IMG/VR virus record: IMGVR_UViG_3300029305_004322
Location: 92,855-156,854 of that record
Direction: 5' to 3' (one strand)
Length of the DNA: 64,000 nt
Source of the DNA: a virus
Taxonomy: Duplodnaviria; Caudoviricetes
This document shows, one piece after another, positions 48,401-57,814 of this stretch. The translations under genes and the position numbers were made by a program. The notes beneath the pieces are model-generated. The model had not been told where the DNA came from. It did not search any database and was given only the letters and a program-made list of their open reading frames with translations. The first letter of the stretch is position 1. Every line of letters starts with the position of its first letter.

Positions 48401-49907
48401 TGTAACTAAAGTTAATACAAAGACAGTTAGTCTTAGTACTTTCAGAGATGAGATTACTGAGGAAATCGTATCTGGTTCTACTTCATTTACTATTGTAGAT
48501 GGTAGTGGAAATATTGGAACTACAATCGATGCTGAAGGTCTTGAAACTACTACTGTAACTGCAGATACTGTTGTGATTGACGGCCTTACAATTGGTCCAG
48601 CTGGTACTGATTTAGGTCTTGTTAAAACTGGTGGTGATGTAACCATTACAAATGGTGTGATTGCTGTAAATGATGATTCTCATAATCATAGCAACTATGC
48701 AAAAGAAGTAAAAATTACTGGTAGTGGCAATGCTATTACTGCTATCTCACAAAGTGGTAATACCATTACAGCAACTAAAGGAGCTACATTCTTAACTAAG
48801 CATCCAGATATAACAATGGGTGCAGATGATAATGATGACATCGAGACACCATCTAGTAGTAACAATGACAGATTTACCGCTGTCGATAGTGTTACTAGAG
48901 ATGGTAATGGTCATGTAACAGCAGTCAATACAAAAACAGTTGATCTTAGTACTTTCAGAGATGAAATTACTGAAGAAATTGTATCTGGTTCTACTTCATT
49001 TACTATTGTAGATGGTAGTGGAAATATTGGAACTACCATTGACTCTAGTGGGTTAGATACTACTACTGTAACTGCAAATACTATTGCTTTAGACGGACAA
49101 GATCTACAAGAGAAGTTAGAAGATCTTGAAGTATCTTGGAATCAGATTCAAAAATCTGGTACTAAGATTGCTACAATTAAAATAGGTGATGCAGCAGCCA
49201 CAGATGTCTATGCACCTTCTCCAGATGGCGTAGGTGGCGGTGGTGACACTGTAAATGTCACTCAACATTTAACATCTGGAACAAAAATTGCCACAATTGA
49301 TGTTAATGGTACAGATACTGATATTTATGCACCTTCTCCAGATGGCGTAGGCGGTGGTGATGAAGTATCTTGGAGCCAGATTCAAAAATCTGGTACTAAG
49401 ATTGCATCTATTAATATTAATGGTACAAATACTGATGTTTACGCTCCAACAGCTGGTGAATCCGTTGGAGATGGTAATACTCAGTTTACCACTTGTGTTG
49501 GTAATGTCGGCGTTACAGCTAACGCAGCTACTACAAATGGTAATACTTATTTAAAATTGTTTCCTGATGGTGGTGTAGTAAAATCACAACACAAAATTGC
49601 TGGAACTGGCGGTGTTGCCGTAGTATCAGATGCTAGCGGCAATATTCAGATTAGCTCGACTATTGTAACACAGGGCAGTGGAAAAGCTGTTACAGGTGTT
49701 TCAAGTGAAAATGGTATTATCACTGTTAGCAAAGACGGGAACTATGCCGATATAGACCATGTTCACACACTGCCAGTGGCTTCTGCTAGCACTTTTGGAT
49801 GTGTGAAACTTAGTTACGATGCTGCTACTAATACACTTACTATTTCAACTACCGAATCTACGGATCCTGTTGTATCTGGTAAGACCTATGAAGCGGTAGC
49901 GATGTAA
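45438..49907 (+). CDS. Long tail fibre protein with internal repeats
   Basis: H....IH repeats, KLATARTISLTGDASGSTTFDGS.NV, and repeated EEIVS.S...IVDGSGNI blocks. Confidence 0.8.
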   Translation: MSVNIQLEGKLKKLSGQSITKEKVTTALGYTPASNDDLDVLNTTVDEHIDDTDIHVTEADKNKWNAKSDFSGNYNDLTNLPTDHATITQVDTVATNLSTHTENTDIHLTNDEKTTIGTIRSDGDDKKLEITDEAGNIVFRVDENGVNTTDVKVHGESIVTRIDELDTTIDVLDVAFVEHVQNTDTLHVTDDEKTTLSNISASDSDTELLVTDNNGNIVMKVGETSVNNSSGNPEVGLEITTVVAKKLFVGGEDIVENIDELQQLITGVNGAMHFIDVMDKVPTAENGDDLSVYDNGDVIAVGEEEWVFVNGKFVEFGDITAEGQRITTLENKVNHATTGLDSKASKDELNEVATNLSTHTENGNIHLTNDEKTTIGNISATDSDTELLVTDNNGNVVLKVGETSVVDENNNPEVGLETTNVVAQKVFIGSKDVQTEIDAINTKIGTVPDDYDDVVSMVSDLTDNLDNKIGDVAEGTNVVTMISDLSTEIGDPKTSTKDATGLYALINEKIDEVITDLTTQHNTDLDNLREEIVSESDEWIVADGSGNIIAKVGETSVNGSNGNPEVGLETTTVVAKKVFIDDTNVADTIDELRTEIDTHTEESDNRTDKLHITAAERTAWNAKSDFSGSYNDLTNLPTNHATTSYVDEAITSLTTKHNTDLDNLREEIVSESDEWIVADGSGNIVARVDENGLNTTVVNATTDIQLNGESIIDMIDELDTEIKTRKITATASDDDVVVLSGTGGENSVSYTASHAKSGVTAGTYTNVTVNAYGHVTAGSNPTILQDTTSNVSPSNSNNDTFTAIDSVTRDSNGHVTKVNTKTVNLSTFRDEITEEIVSESTSFTIVDGSGNIGTTIDANGLDTTTVTADTISLNGVDIGNSDTGMMLKSTYDTNHDGIVDKAAKLATARTISLTGDASGSTTFDGSGNVSINVTVANDSHTHSQYLTEHPDVNTTTGNIDTGNTVSPSNSNNDTFTAFDSLTRDNYGHVTKVNTKTVSLSTFRDEITEEIVSGSTSFTIVDGSGNIGTTIDAEGLETTTVTADTVVIDGLTIGPAGTDLGLVKTGGDVTITNGVIAVNDDSHNHSNYAKEVKITGSGNAITAISQSGNTITATKGATFLTKHPDITMGADDNDDIETPSSSNNDRFTAVDSVTRDGNGHVTAVNTKTVDLSTFRDEITEEIVSGSTSFTIVDGSGNIGTTIDSSGLDTTTVTANTIALDGQDLQEKLEDLEVSWNQIQKSGTKIATIKIGDAAATDVYAPSPDGVGGGGDTVNVTQHLTSGTKIATIDVNGTDTDIYAPSPDGVGGGDEVSWSQIQKSGTKIASININGTNTDVYAPTAGESVGDGNTQFTTCVGNVGVTANAATTNGNTYLKLFPDGGVVKSQHKIAGTGGVAVVSDASGNIQISSTIVTQGSGKAVTGVSSENGIITVSKDGNYADIDHVHTLPVASASTFGCVKLSYDAATNTLTISTTESTDPVVSGKTYEAVAM

Positions 49908-49919
49908 GGAGGAAGAAAT

Positions 49920-52900
49920 ATGCCTTTAAAATATGGTAACTCTGAATTAAGTGCTGTAATATGGAAAGATAAAAATAATCCAAATGGTGTTTATTTAGAC
50001 AGGGTAGTATTTAATGGGGTGACTATATGGGAAAACTCATATTTTGTCTTTAACTATTTGGATTGGAGTGACTCATATTCAGTAACGTCTGCGGCTGGTA
50101 AAGAAGCACCTTCTTCTTTAGTAATTCCTAGTACGTATAACAATAAAGCTGTCACTGGTATTTCTAATAGTAATGCTGTTGAAGTTAATAGTTTTAGCAG
50201 TAAGAATATTACTAGTATTACCATTCCCGATAGTATTACTTGGATTGGACGTCATACATTTAACAATTGTTCTATTACAAATCTGATTATCCCAGATTCT
50301 GTTACAGAAATTGGAGATGGTTTTGCTCAAGATTGTTCTAATCTTGATTGGGTAGTGCTTCCAGCTAGTCTTTCTACTTTTGGCAATTACACATTTTATG
50401 ATTCATCTACAAAAGGGTATAATCTTAACAAAGTTTATTTTAAGGGTACAGAAGAACAGTGGAGTAACTTTGTTCTAAAAATAGTAGACATCTCAACTAA
50501 CCAATGGGCAACTGTTATAAATGGTGTTCCGCACTATTACTATAGTGCGGAACATCCGCAAGAGAAAATACCAGAAGATTATCCATACTGGCGTTACGAA
50601 AATGGTGTTCCTACTTTGATACAGCACCATTATACAAGTACTACTATACAACCAACCTGTACGTCAGAGGGTAAAACTACTTATACTTGTTCTGACTGCG
50701 GATTTTCTTACACTGACACATTACCTGCAAGAGGTCACGCTTATACAGTAGAAGAAATAGAAGCTACATGTACTGTTCAAGCACACAAGAAGTATACTTG
50801 TAGTAGATGTAATCATTCTTACACAGACGGTTATAGTGGCAGTCTTCTTCCTCATACTTGGATTGATGCAACGTGTGATACAGCAAAAACTTGTTCCGTA
50901 TGTGGTACTACTGAAGGATTACCACTTGGACATGACTGGTTCGATCCTGTATATACTTGGACTGGTTATACCGCATGTAGTGCTACAAGGGCATGTAAAC
51001 GAAATCTCAGACACTCAGAAACTGCTACTTTAGTATCTATCACAAGTGAAATTACTAAACAGCCAACTGAGACTCAAGAAGGAGAAAGAACGTATACTGC
51101 TACATTTGATAAAGATTGGGCTTATGATCAGAAGATTGAACCTATCCCGATGTTGAATCACGTTCATGAATGGGGTGATACAGAATATGATTGGGCAGAC
51201 GATTATTCAACTTGTGTTGCAACTAGAACTTGTAAGCTTAACTCAAATCATATAGAAACTGCTACAGGCGAAGTTACTGATACTGTTACATTTGCTCCAA
51301 CTTGTACTCAAGACGGTACTCGAATGTTCACTGCTAAATTTGCTAACGATAAAGATTGGGCAGAGAGACAGGATGTTAATGTTGTAGAACCTGCTACTGG
51401 ACACAGTTGGAATGAACCTACCTATTCGTGGGCTGGCTATAGTGTATGTGTTGCAACTAGAACTTGTAAAACTGATCCAAATCATCAAGAAACTACTACA
51501 ACTGACAGCATTATTAGTGTAGAAACAGAGGCAGCAACATGTACTACTAATGGTGTAATGACCTATATTCCTCGTTTTGCAGAAGCTTGGGCACAAGATG
51601 GTATTGCAAATGGAACAACAACTGCTCCTATTTATGCTACTGGACATAAGTGGTCTGTATCTTATGAGTGGAGTAGTGACTATAAGAAATGTACTGCTAC
51701 AAGAGCGTGTGGAAATGATTCTAGTCATGACTTAACCGAAACAGTCGATACAACTGCTGTTATTACAACTTCTCCTACTTGTACAACCAAAGGTTGGACG
51801 ACTTATACTGCAAAGTTTACAGCAGATTGGGCGTCTAAACAAACAGAGGAAGTTCAAAATGTTGCTATTGTATCTACAGCGCATAGTTGGAATGAACCTA
51901 ATTATTCAGGAGATGGTATCTCAGGTTATTATGCAACTAGAACATGTAAGAATAGCTCTTCTCATATTGAGACCGCAGAGGCTAAGATCACAAGCACTGT
52001 CTTAGTTAACCCAACTTGTGAATCTGATGGTACTAGATCTTACACAGCAAACTTTACTGAAACTTGGGCAAAAGATAAAACAACCACAGGACCAGAACCT
52101 GCTACTGGACATAAGTGGAATAGTCCTACTTATGAATGGGCTGGTTATAGTGTATGTGTTGCTTATAGAACTTGTAAGAATGATTCAAGTCACAAAGAAA
52201 CCGCTACATCTAACAGTGTTAATGACGTAGTAACAAAAGCAGCAACATGTACTACTAATGGTACTATGACATATACTCCTCATTTTAAAGAATCTTGGGC
52301 AGAAGCTGAAAATGCAAATGGAACAACAACTGCTCCTATTTACGCTACTGGACATACATTTGGTGATTGGTATGAAACTAAAGCACCTACTGAAAGTGCA
52401 AAAGGTGAAAAGCGTAGAGATTGTTCAGTTTGTGATGCTTATGAAACTGCTACAATTCCAGCTCTTGGACATAGCCATGATAACTGGGATAAGATTATTC
52501 TTGCTGCAGTTGCGCCCACATGTACTGCTACTGGTTTAACAGAAGGTTCTAAGTGCTCAGGCTGTGATGAAATACTCGTGGCACAAACTGTCGTTCCAGC
52601 TTTAGGTCATAAGTATAACTCAGTGGTAACTAATCCTACTTGTACTACAGATGGTTACACAACTTATACTTGTTCTGTATGTAATGCTACGTACACTGAT
52701 AATTTCGTACCAGCAATCGGAGATGATTGGAAAGAACCTACTTACTCGTGGAATAGTACAAATTCTACTTGTACTGCTACTAGAATTTGTAAGAACGATT
52801 CCAGCCATAATGAACAGGAAACAGTTAATACAACTGCCGTTATTACAACTTCTCCTACTTGTACGACTAAAGGTACAACAACTTATACTGCTACATTTAC

Positions 52901-55502
52901 TAAATCTTGGGCGTCTAAGCAAACTAAGTCCGTGCAAAATGTTGCTATTGTATCTACAGCGCATAGTTGGAATGAACCTAATTATTCAGGAGATGGTATC
53001 TCAGGTTATTATGCAACTAGAACATGTAAGAATAGCTCTTCTCATATTGAGACCGCAACGGCTAAGATCACAAGCTCTATCTTAGTTAACCCAACATGTA
53101 CTCAAGATGGTACTAGATCTTACACAGCAAACTTTACTGAAACTTGGGCTACTGATAAGACAACCACAGGACCAGAACCTGCTACTGGACATAGTTGGAA
53201 TGATCCTACTTATGCGTGGGCTGGTTATAGTGCATGTGTTGCAACTAGAACTTGTAAAACCGATCAAAATCATAAAGAAACTGCTACAACTTATACCATC
53301 ATTAGTGCAGAAACAAAGGCAGCAACATGTACAACTGATGGTACAATGACTTACACTGCTCACTTTACAGAAAGTTGGGCTGATGCTGGTATTGCACAAA
53401 CATCCGCTACTATTCCTGCTACTGGGCATAGTTGGAATGATCCTACTTATAGTTGGAGTAGTGATTATAAGACATGTACAGCTACAAGAACTTGTGCTAA
53501 TGCAAACCATCCAGAAACTGAAACAGTTAATACAACTGCTGTTATTACAACTTCTCCTACTTGTACAACAAAGGGTACAACTACTTACACTGCTACATTT
53601 ACTAAATCTTGGGCATCTAAGCAAACTAAAGCAGTGCAAAATGTTAATATTGTCTCAACAGCACATAGTTGGAACAGTCCTTCTTATACATGGGATGGTA
53701 CGAACTCTACTTGTACTGCAACTAGAATATGTAAGAATGATTCCAGTCATAATGAACAAGAATCTGTTAATACTACCAGCCAAGTTACAACTAATCCTAC
53801 TTGTACGGCAACTGGTATTAGAACATTCTATGCTAACTTTACTAAGTCTTGGGCAACGGATCAGACTAAGGATGTTACTGAACCTAAGCTTGGACACAAC
53901 TGGGATACTGTTACTTACTCTTGGAGTAATGATAATTCTAAGTGTACAGCAACCAGAGCATGTAAGAATGATACTACTCATCCTGAATCTGAAACAGTCA
54001 ATAGTACAAGTACTGTTACTAAAGCAGCAACCTGTACTACAGCAGGTAATAGACGATATACTGCAGACTTCACTAAATCTTGGGCAACAGATCAGACTAA
54101 GGATGTGACTATTAATGCTACTGGACACAACTGGGATAGTCCTACTTATGTATGGGATGGTACTAATTCTTCTTGTACTGCAACTAGAACATGTAAAAAT
54201 GACTCCAGTCATAATGAGCAAGAAGCAGTTAATACTACAAATTCTGTTAAAACTGCAGCAACTTGTACAGCAACTGGTGTTAGAACGTATAAAGCTGACT
54301 TCACTAAATCTTGGGCAACGGATCAGACTAAGGACGTAACTATTCCTGCTACTGGACACAGTTGGGATACAGTTAGTTATTCTTGGAACAGTGATTATTC
54401 AAAGTGTACTGCTGTAAGAGCATGTAAGAATGATTCCACTCACCCTGAATCTGAAACTGTTAATACTACAAGCTCTGTTAAAACTGCAGCTACTTGTACG
54501 GCAACTGGTGTTAGAACGTATAAAGCTGACTTCACTAAGTCTTGGGCAACGGATCAGACTAAGGACGTTCAAAATATTCCTGCTACTGGACATAATTGGG
54601 AAGTTACTTATACATGGGATGGTACTAATTCTACTTGTACTGCAACTAGAACGTGTAAGAATGATAGTTCTCATAAGGAACAAGAAACTGTTAGTACTAC
54701 AAGTTCTGTTACTAAAGCAGCTACTTGCACTGCAACTGGTGTTAGAACGTATAAAGCTGACTTCACTAAGTCTTGGGCGACTGATCAGACTAAGGACGTA
54801 ACTATTCCTGCTACTGGACACAGTTGGAAAACTACAACCTATGTTTGGTCTAGTGATAACTCTAAGTGTACTGCATCTAGAGTTTGTAATAATGCAAACC
54901 ACCCAGAAAGCTCTACAGTTAACACAACTAACTCTGTTACTAAAGCAGCTACTTGTACGGCAAAAGGTACCAGACGTTATACTGCTGATTTCACAGTAGA
55001 TTGGGCAACTGACCAGACTAAGGATGTAGATATTCCTGCTACTGGACACAGTTGGAATGATCCTAATTACACTTGGACTGGTTACACAGCATGTACAGCA
55101 ACAAGAACCTGTCAAAACAACTTGTCACACAGTGAAACTTCTACTGCAACTATCACAAGTAAGATTACAACTCCGATAGATTGTCTCACTCCTGGTGTAA
55201 GAACATATACAGCTACATTCAGTGATTCTTGGGCTACAACTCAGACTAAGACAGAATCAATTCCTGCACCTGGACAGCATGTTTGGTTGCCAACAATAGT
55301 TTATACATGGGCTGACGATGGTTCATCTTGTACAGCAACAAGAACATGTAGTGCAAACTTTAACCACATAGAAACCGCAACTGCAGCTATTACAAGCAGT
55401 GTATCTGGTACTACAAAAACGTATACAGCAACCTTCAGTGTTTCTTGGGCAACCACTCAGACTAAGTCTGTCGAAGTTGAAGAAGATACATCTACTGCAT
55501 AA
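49920..55502 (+). CDS. BspA-type LRR protein with a long Cys/His/Trp repeat array
   Basis: ITIPDSITWIGRHTF LRR; many ~78-aa repeats of TCT..G.RTY.A.F...WA...GH.W...Y.W....CTATR.C....H. Confidence 0.8.
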   Translation: MPLKYGNSELSAVIWKDKNNPNGVYLDRVVFNGVTIWENSYFVFNYLDWSDSYSVTSAAGKEAPSSLVIPSTYNNKAVTGISNSNAVEVNSFSSKNITSITIPDSITWIGRHTFNNCSITNLIIPDSVTEIGDGFAQDCSNLDWVVLPASLSTFGNYTFYDSSTKGYNLNKVYFKGTEEQWSNFVLKIVDISTNQWATVINGVPHYYYSAEHPQEKIPEDYPYWRYENGVPTLIQHHYTSTTIQPTCTSEGKTTYTCSDCGFSYTDTLPARGHAYTVEEIEATCTVQAHKKYTCSRCNHSYTDGYSGSLLPHTWIDATCDTAKTCSVCGTTEGLPLGHDWFDPVYTWTGYTACSATRACKRNLRHSETATLVSITSEITKQPTETQEGERTYTATFDKDWAYDQKIEPIPMLNHVHEWGDTEYDWADDYSTCVATRTCKLNSNHIETATGEVTDTVTFAPTCTQDGTRMFTAKFANDKDWAERQDVNVVEPATGHSWNEPTYSWAGYSVCVATRTCKTDPNHQETTTTDSIISVETEAATCTTNGVMTYIPRFAEAWAQDGIANGTTTAPIYATGHKWSVSYEWSSDYKKCTATRACGNDSSHDLTETVDTTAVITTSPTCTTKGWTTYTAKFTADWASKQTEEVQNVAIVSTAHSWNEPNYSGDGISGYYATRTCKNSSSHIETAEAKITSTVLVNPTCESDGTRSYTANFTETWAKDKTTTGPEPATGHKWNSPTYEWAGYSVCVAYRTCKNDSSHKETATSNSVNDVVTKAATCTTNGTMTYTPHFKESWAEAENANGTTTAPIYATGHTFGDWYETKAPTESAKGEKRRDCSVCDAYETATIPALGHSHDNWDKIILAAVAPTCTATGLTEGSKCSGCDEILVAQTVVPALGHKYNSVVTNPTCTTDGYTTYTCSVCNATYTDNFVPAIGDDWKEPTYSWNSTNSTCTATRICKNDSSHNEQETVNTTAVITTSPTCTTKGTTTYTATFTKSWASKQTKSVQNVAIVSTAHSWNEPNYSGDGISGYYATRTCKNSSSHIETATAKITSSILVNPTCTQDGTRSYTANFTETWATDKTTTGPEPATGHSWNDPTYAWAGYSACVATRTCKTDQNHKETATTYTIISAETKAATCTTDGTMTYTAHFTESWADAGIAQTSATIPATGHSWNDPTYSWSSDYKTCTATRTCANANHPETETVNTTAVITTSPTCTTKGTTTYTATFTKSWASKQTKAVQNVNIVSTAHSWNSPSYTWDGTNSTCTATRICKNDSSHNEQESVNTTSQVTTNPTCTATGIRTFYANFTKSWATDQTKDVTEPKLGHNWDTVTYSWSNDNSKCTATRACKNDTTHPESETVNSTSTVTKAATCTTAGNRRYTADFTKSWATDQTKDVTINATGHNWDSPTYVWDGTNSSCTATRTCKNDSSHNEQEAVNTTNSVKTAATCTATGVRTYKADFTKSWATDQTKDVTIPATGHSWDTVSYSWNSDYSKCTAVRACKNDSTHPESETVNTTSSVKTAATCTATGVRTYKADFTKSWATDQTKDVQNIPATGHNWEVTYTWDGTNSTCTATRTCKNDSSHKEQETVSTTSSVTKAATCTATGVRTYKADFTKSWATDQTKDVTIPATGHSWKTTTYVWSSDNSKCTASRVCNNANHPESSTVNTTNSVTKAATCTAKGTRRYTADFTVDWATDQTKDVDIPATGHSWNDPNYTWTGYTACTATRTCQNNLSHSETSTATITSKITTPIDCLTPGVRTYTATFSDSWATTQTKTESIPAPGQHVWLPTIVYTWADDGSSCTATRTCSANFNHIETATAAITSSVSGTTKTYTATFSVSWATTQTKSVEVEEDTSTA

Positions 55503-55514
55503 TAAGGTGGTTGT

Positions 55515-55760
55515 ATGACAAATAGTACTAAGTTTAAACAAATTTCAACTGAAGGGGAGTTTTCCTTATGGGCTGACTCCCCCATGTACAAATCATATAG
55601 TATCAATGAAGGCGGTTATATTCGAAATACAAAAACAGGTGAAAATTGTGGAAAAGAAGTAATTTTAAGAAAATACTATTATGATGGTGTAGTACGGCTA
55701 AAAGAGCCAATCTGTGATGAAGATTGCTATGAAATTATTTTTGAAGAGGTAGACAAATGA
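55515..55760 (+). CDS. Hypothetical protein
   Basis: 81 aa, ATGA-coupled to the next gene. Confidence 0.65.
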   Translation: MTNSTKFKQISTEGEFSLWADSPMYKSYSINEGGYIRNTKTGENCGKEVILRKYYYDGVVRLKEPICDEDCYEIIFEEVDK

Positions 55761-56482
55761 AAGAATTTATTGAAGCTTTTAAGAATACGTCTTACTATGA
55801 GAATATTTTCAAGTTTAATCCAACAGAAATAGTGTTTATCTATGTAAGTGGCTCAATGCTTATTGATGTCACAGATGACAGAAGTGACTACGATATTGTC
55901 GTTTATACCATAGGCGGAGAATTTATTGATGCTTCACAATATGAATATCTTATGTATAGAGGTAGAAAAGTACATTGGTACTTTCGACCAATCAATAAAA
56001 TATTTGATATTGATAATTCTCCAGTATCGAGTTGCATTGGAAATTTATTTATAAGTAATCTTTGCGATGATTTTATTATCTATGAGAATCCTAAATACAA
56101 AGAACTTATAGACAAAATACACTCTGTAAAAAATCAACTAAGTCACATAAGTGCTTATTGTTTTTTCAACATTCAAAGAGACTTAATAGAACGAATTCTT
56201 ACAGAAGGAAAAATCCTTGAAGATCATTACACTAAATACCTTTATCATCTATGCGTAGGTTCCTATTATCTAACAAATGAACCGCTTGATAAAGATTTTT
56301 TAGTAAGTCTTAAACGAATTAGATGGACACCTGTATCTGATGAGTACAAACAACTTGCTGTTAACAGATTAAGAATTTATAAAAATTACTTAGAACAAAA
56401 CCCAATAGATCTTGAAGACCAACTAAAAAAACTATATGATCAACTAGAACTAGAACAATATGAAATAAGATGTGATGACTAA
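55757..56482 (+). CDS. Pol-beta superfamily nucleotidyltransferase
   Basis: YVSGS.......SDYDIVV (GS...DxD) motif. Confidence 0.7.
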   Translation: MKEFIEAFKNTSYYENIFKFNPTEIVFIYVSGSMLIDVTDDRSDYDIVVYTIGGEFIDASQYEYLMYRGRKVHWYFRPINKIFDIDNSPVSSCIGNLFISNLCDDFIIYENPKYKELIDKIHSVKNQLSHISAYCFFNIQRDLIERILTEGKILEDHYTKYLYHLCVGSYYLTNEPLDKDFLVSLKRIRWTPVSDEYKQLAVNRLRIYKNYLEQNPIDLEDQLKKLYDQLELEQYEIRCDD

Positions 56483-56540
56483 ATGTCTCACTCCTAAATA
56501 GTATGGTCTTAAAAACAATAAGGGAAGAGGTAAAACAAAA

Positions 56541-56816
56541 ATGAATCAGGAAAACACATCTCGTCATTTAGCTTTAGAACTAGATGATATTAAGAACAAT
56601 TTAGTACAAGTTGTTAACAACGCTGTTATGAAAGGTGTTCCATGCTTTTTGCTAGAATATATTGTGTCTGAGCTTAACTCTCAGGTACACAATAGAGCTA
56701 ACGAAGAACGTGAGATGGCTAGAAAAGAAGAAGAACAGCGTAACTTTGCTAAACAGCAAGAAGAGCTTAAGCAAGCTCAAGAAGAGAATAAAGCTAAACA
56801 AGATACTACTGTTTAA
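56541..56816 (+). CDS. Small coiled-coil protein
   Basis: 91 aa with SD; terminator at 56872-56897 downstream. Confidence 0.7.
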   Translation: MNQENTSRHLALELDDIKNNLVQVVNNAVMKGVPCFLLEYIVSELNSQVHNRANEEREMARKEEEQRNFAKQQEELKQAQEENKAKQDTTV

Positions 56817-57031
56817 AAACAAAGAAATATCGTGTAGGCTAAAACTCTTACAAAATTTTAATACAAAACTGGGGTAAAGGGAATCTTCCCTTTACCCTTC
56901 TTAAAATATTCTAACAACTTCCTTCAAAACAAACTATTAGAAATATGGTTCTCTTGTATCTTACAATGCAATACAGAACAAATACATATAAGATTTCTAA
57001 TTTTTATATAGGAAAGGAGTAAACAAAAATT

Positions 57032-57784
57032 ATGTCTGAAATTTTAAAAATAAAACTTCCTAATACAGAAAATTTTAGTGGCAACGGTGCTTTAACTACG
57101 TTCACTTTACAAAATACTCCGCATCAAGTTACACAAATTATGGTAGGAACTACTGAAATTGAAGCTACTGCATATAGTGTATCTGGTAAAAATATAGTAT
57201 TTGCAACTGCACCTGTCAGTGGAACTAACAATATTACTGTCACATATGAGTACTGGACTCCACTACCTACCATATCTGGTGAAGATGGTAAGTCTGCTTA
57301 TGAAGCAGCTGTTAGTGCTGGTTATCAAGGAACAGAAGCTGCTTTTAATGCTGCTTTAGCATCTATTGCAGGTAAGCAAGCAACTATCAATATTAATGGC
57401 ATGTTAAAGGGAACTGGTAGCGGTAATGTTACTCAAGCTATTGCTGGTACTGATTATGTTGTACCTACTGGTAATGTAGCTTCTGCTACTAAGTTAGCTA
57501 ATGCTAGAAAGATTACTATTGGTAATGCAAGCAATAAGACATTCAATGGTGAAGCAGATGTATCTTATACTTTAGCTGAAATTGGTGCAGCTGCATCTTC
57601 TCACAATCAAGCAGCTAACACTATTACTGCTGGTACTTTAGGTGGACAAGTTGTAGCTAATGCTTCTGCAGTTACAGGTCTTACTACTGCGCAGGTTAGA
57701 AATATTAGAGCTGGTACTACTGATATGGTAGCAGGAACAACTGCTTTAGCAACTGGTGAAATCTATATTTACTACGAAGCGTAA
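57032..57784 (+). CDS. Short tail fibre protein
   Basis: GEDGKSAYEAAV..GYQGTEAAF and ATKLANARKI motifs; promoter motifs at 56928 and 56977. Confidence 0.75.
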   Translation: MSEILKIKLPNTENFSGNGALTTFTLQNTPHQVTQIMVGTTEIEATAYSVSGKNIVFATAPVSGTNNITVTYEYWTPLPTISGEDGKSAYEAAVSAGYQGTEAAFNAALASIAGKQATININGMLKGTGSGNVTQAIAGTDYVVPTGNVASATKLANARKITIGNASNKTFNGEADVSYTLAEIGAAASSHNQAANTITAGTLGGQVVANASAVTGLTTAQVRNIRAGTTDMVAGTTALATGEIYIYYEA

Positions 57785-57814
57785 TTAAGTTTATAAAGAG
57801 AGGAGGATAAAATT

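Noticed and set aside
50118-55541. Many overlapping alternative-frame and antisense ORFs
   Set aside because: By-products of the Thr/Cys-rich repeat coding sequence.
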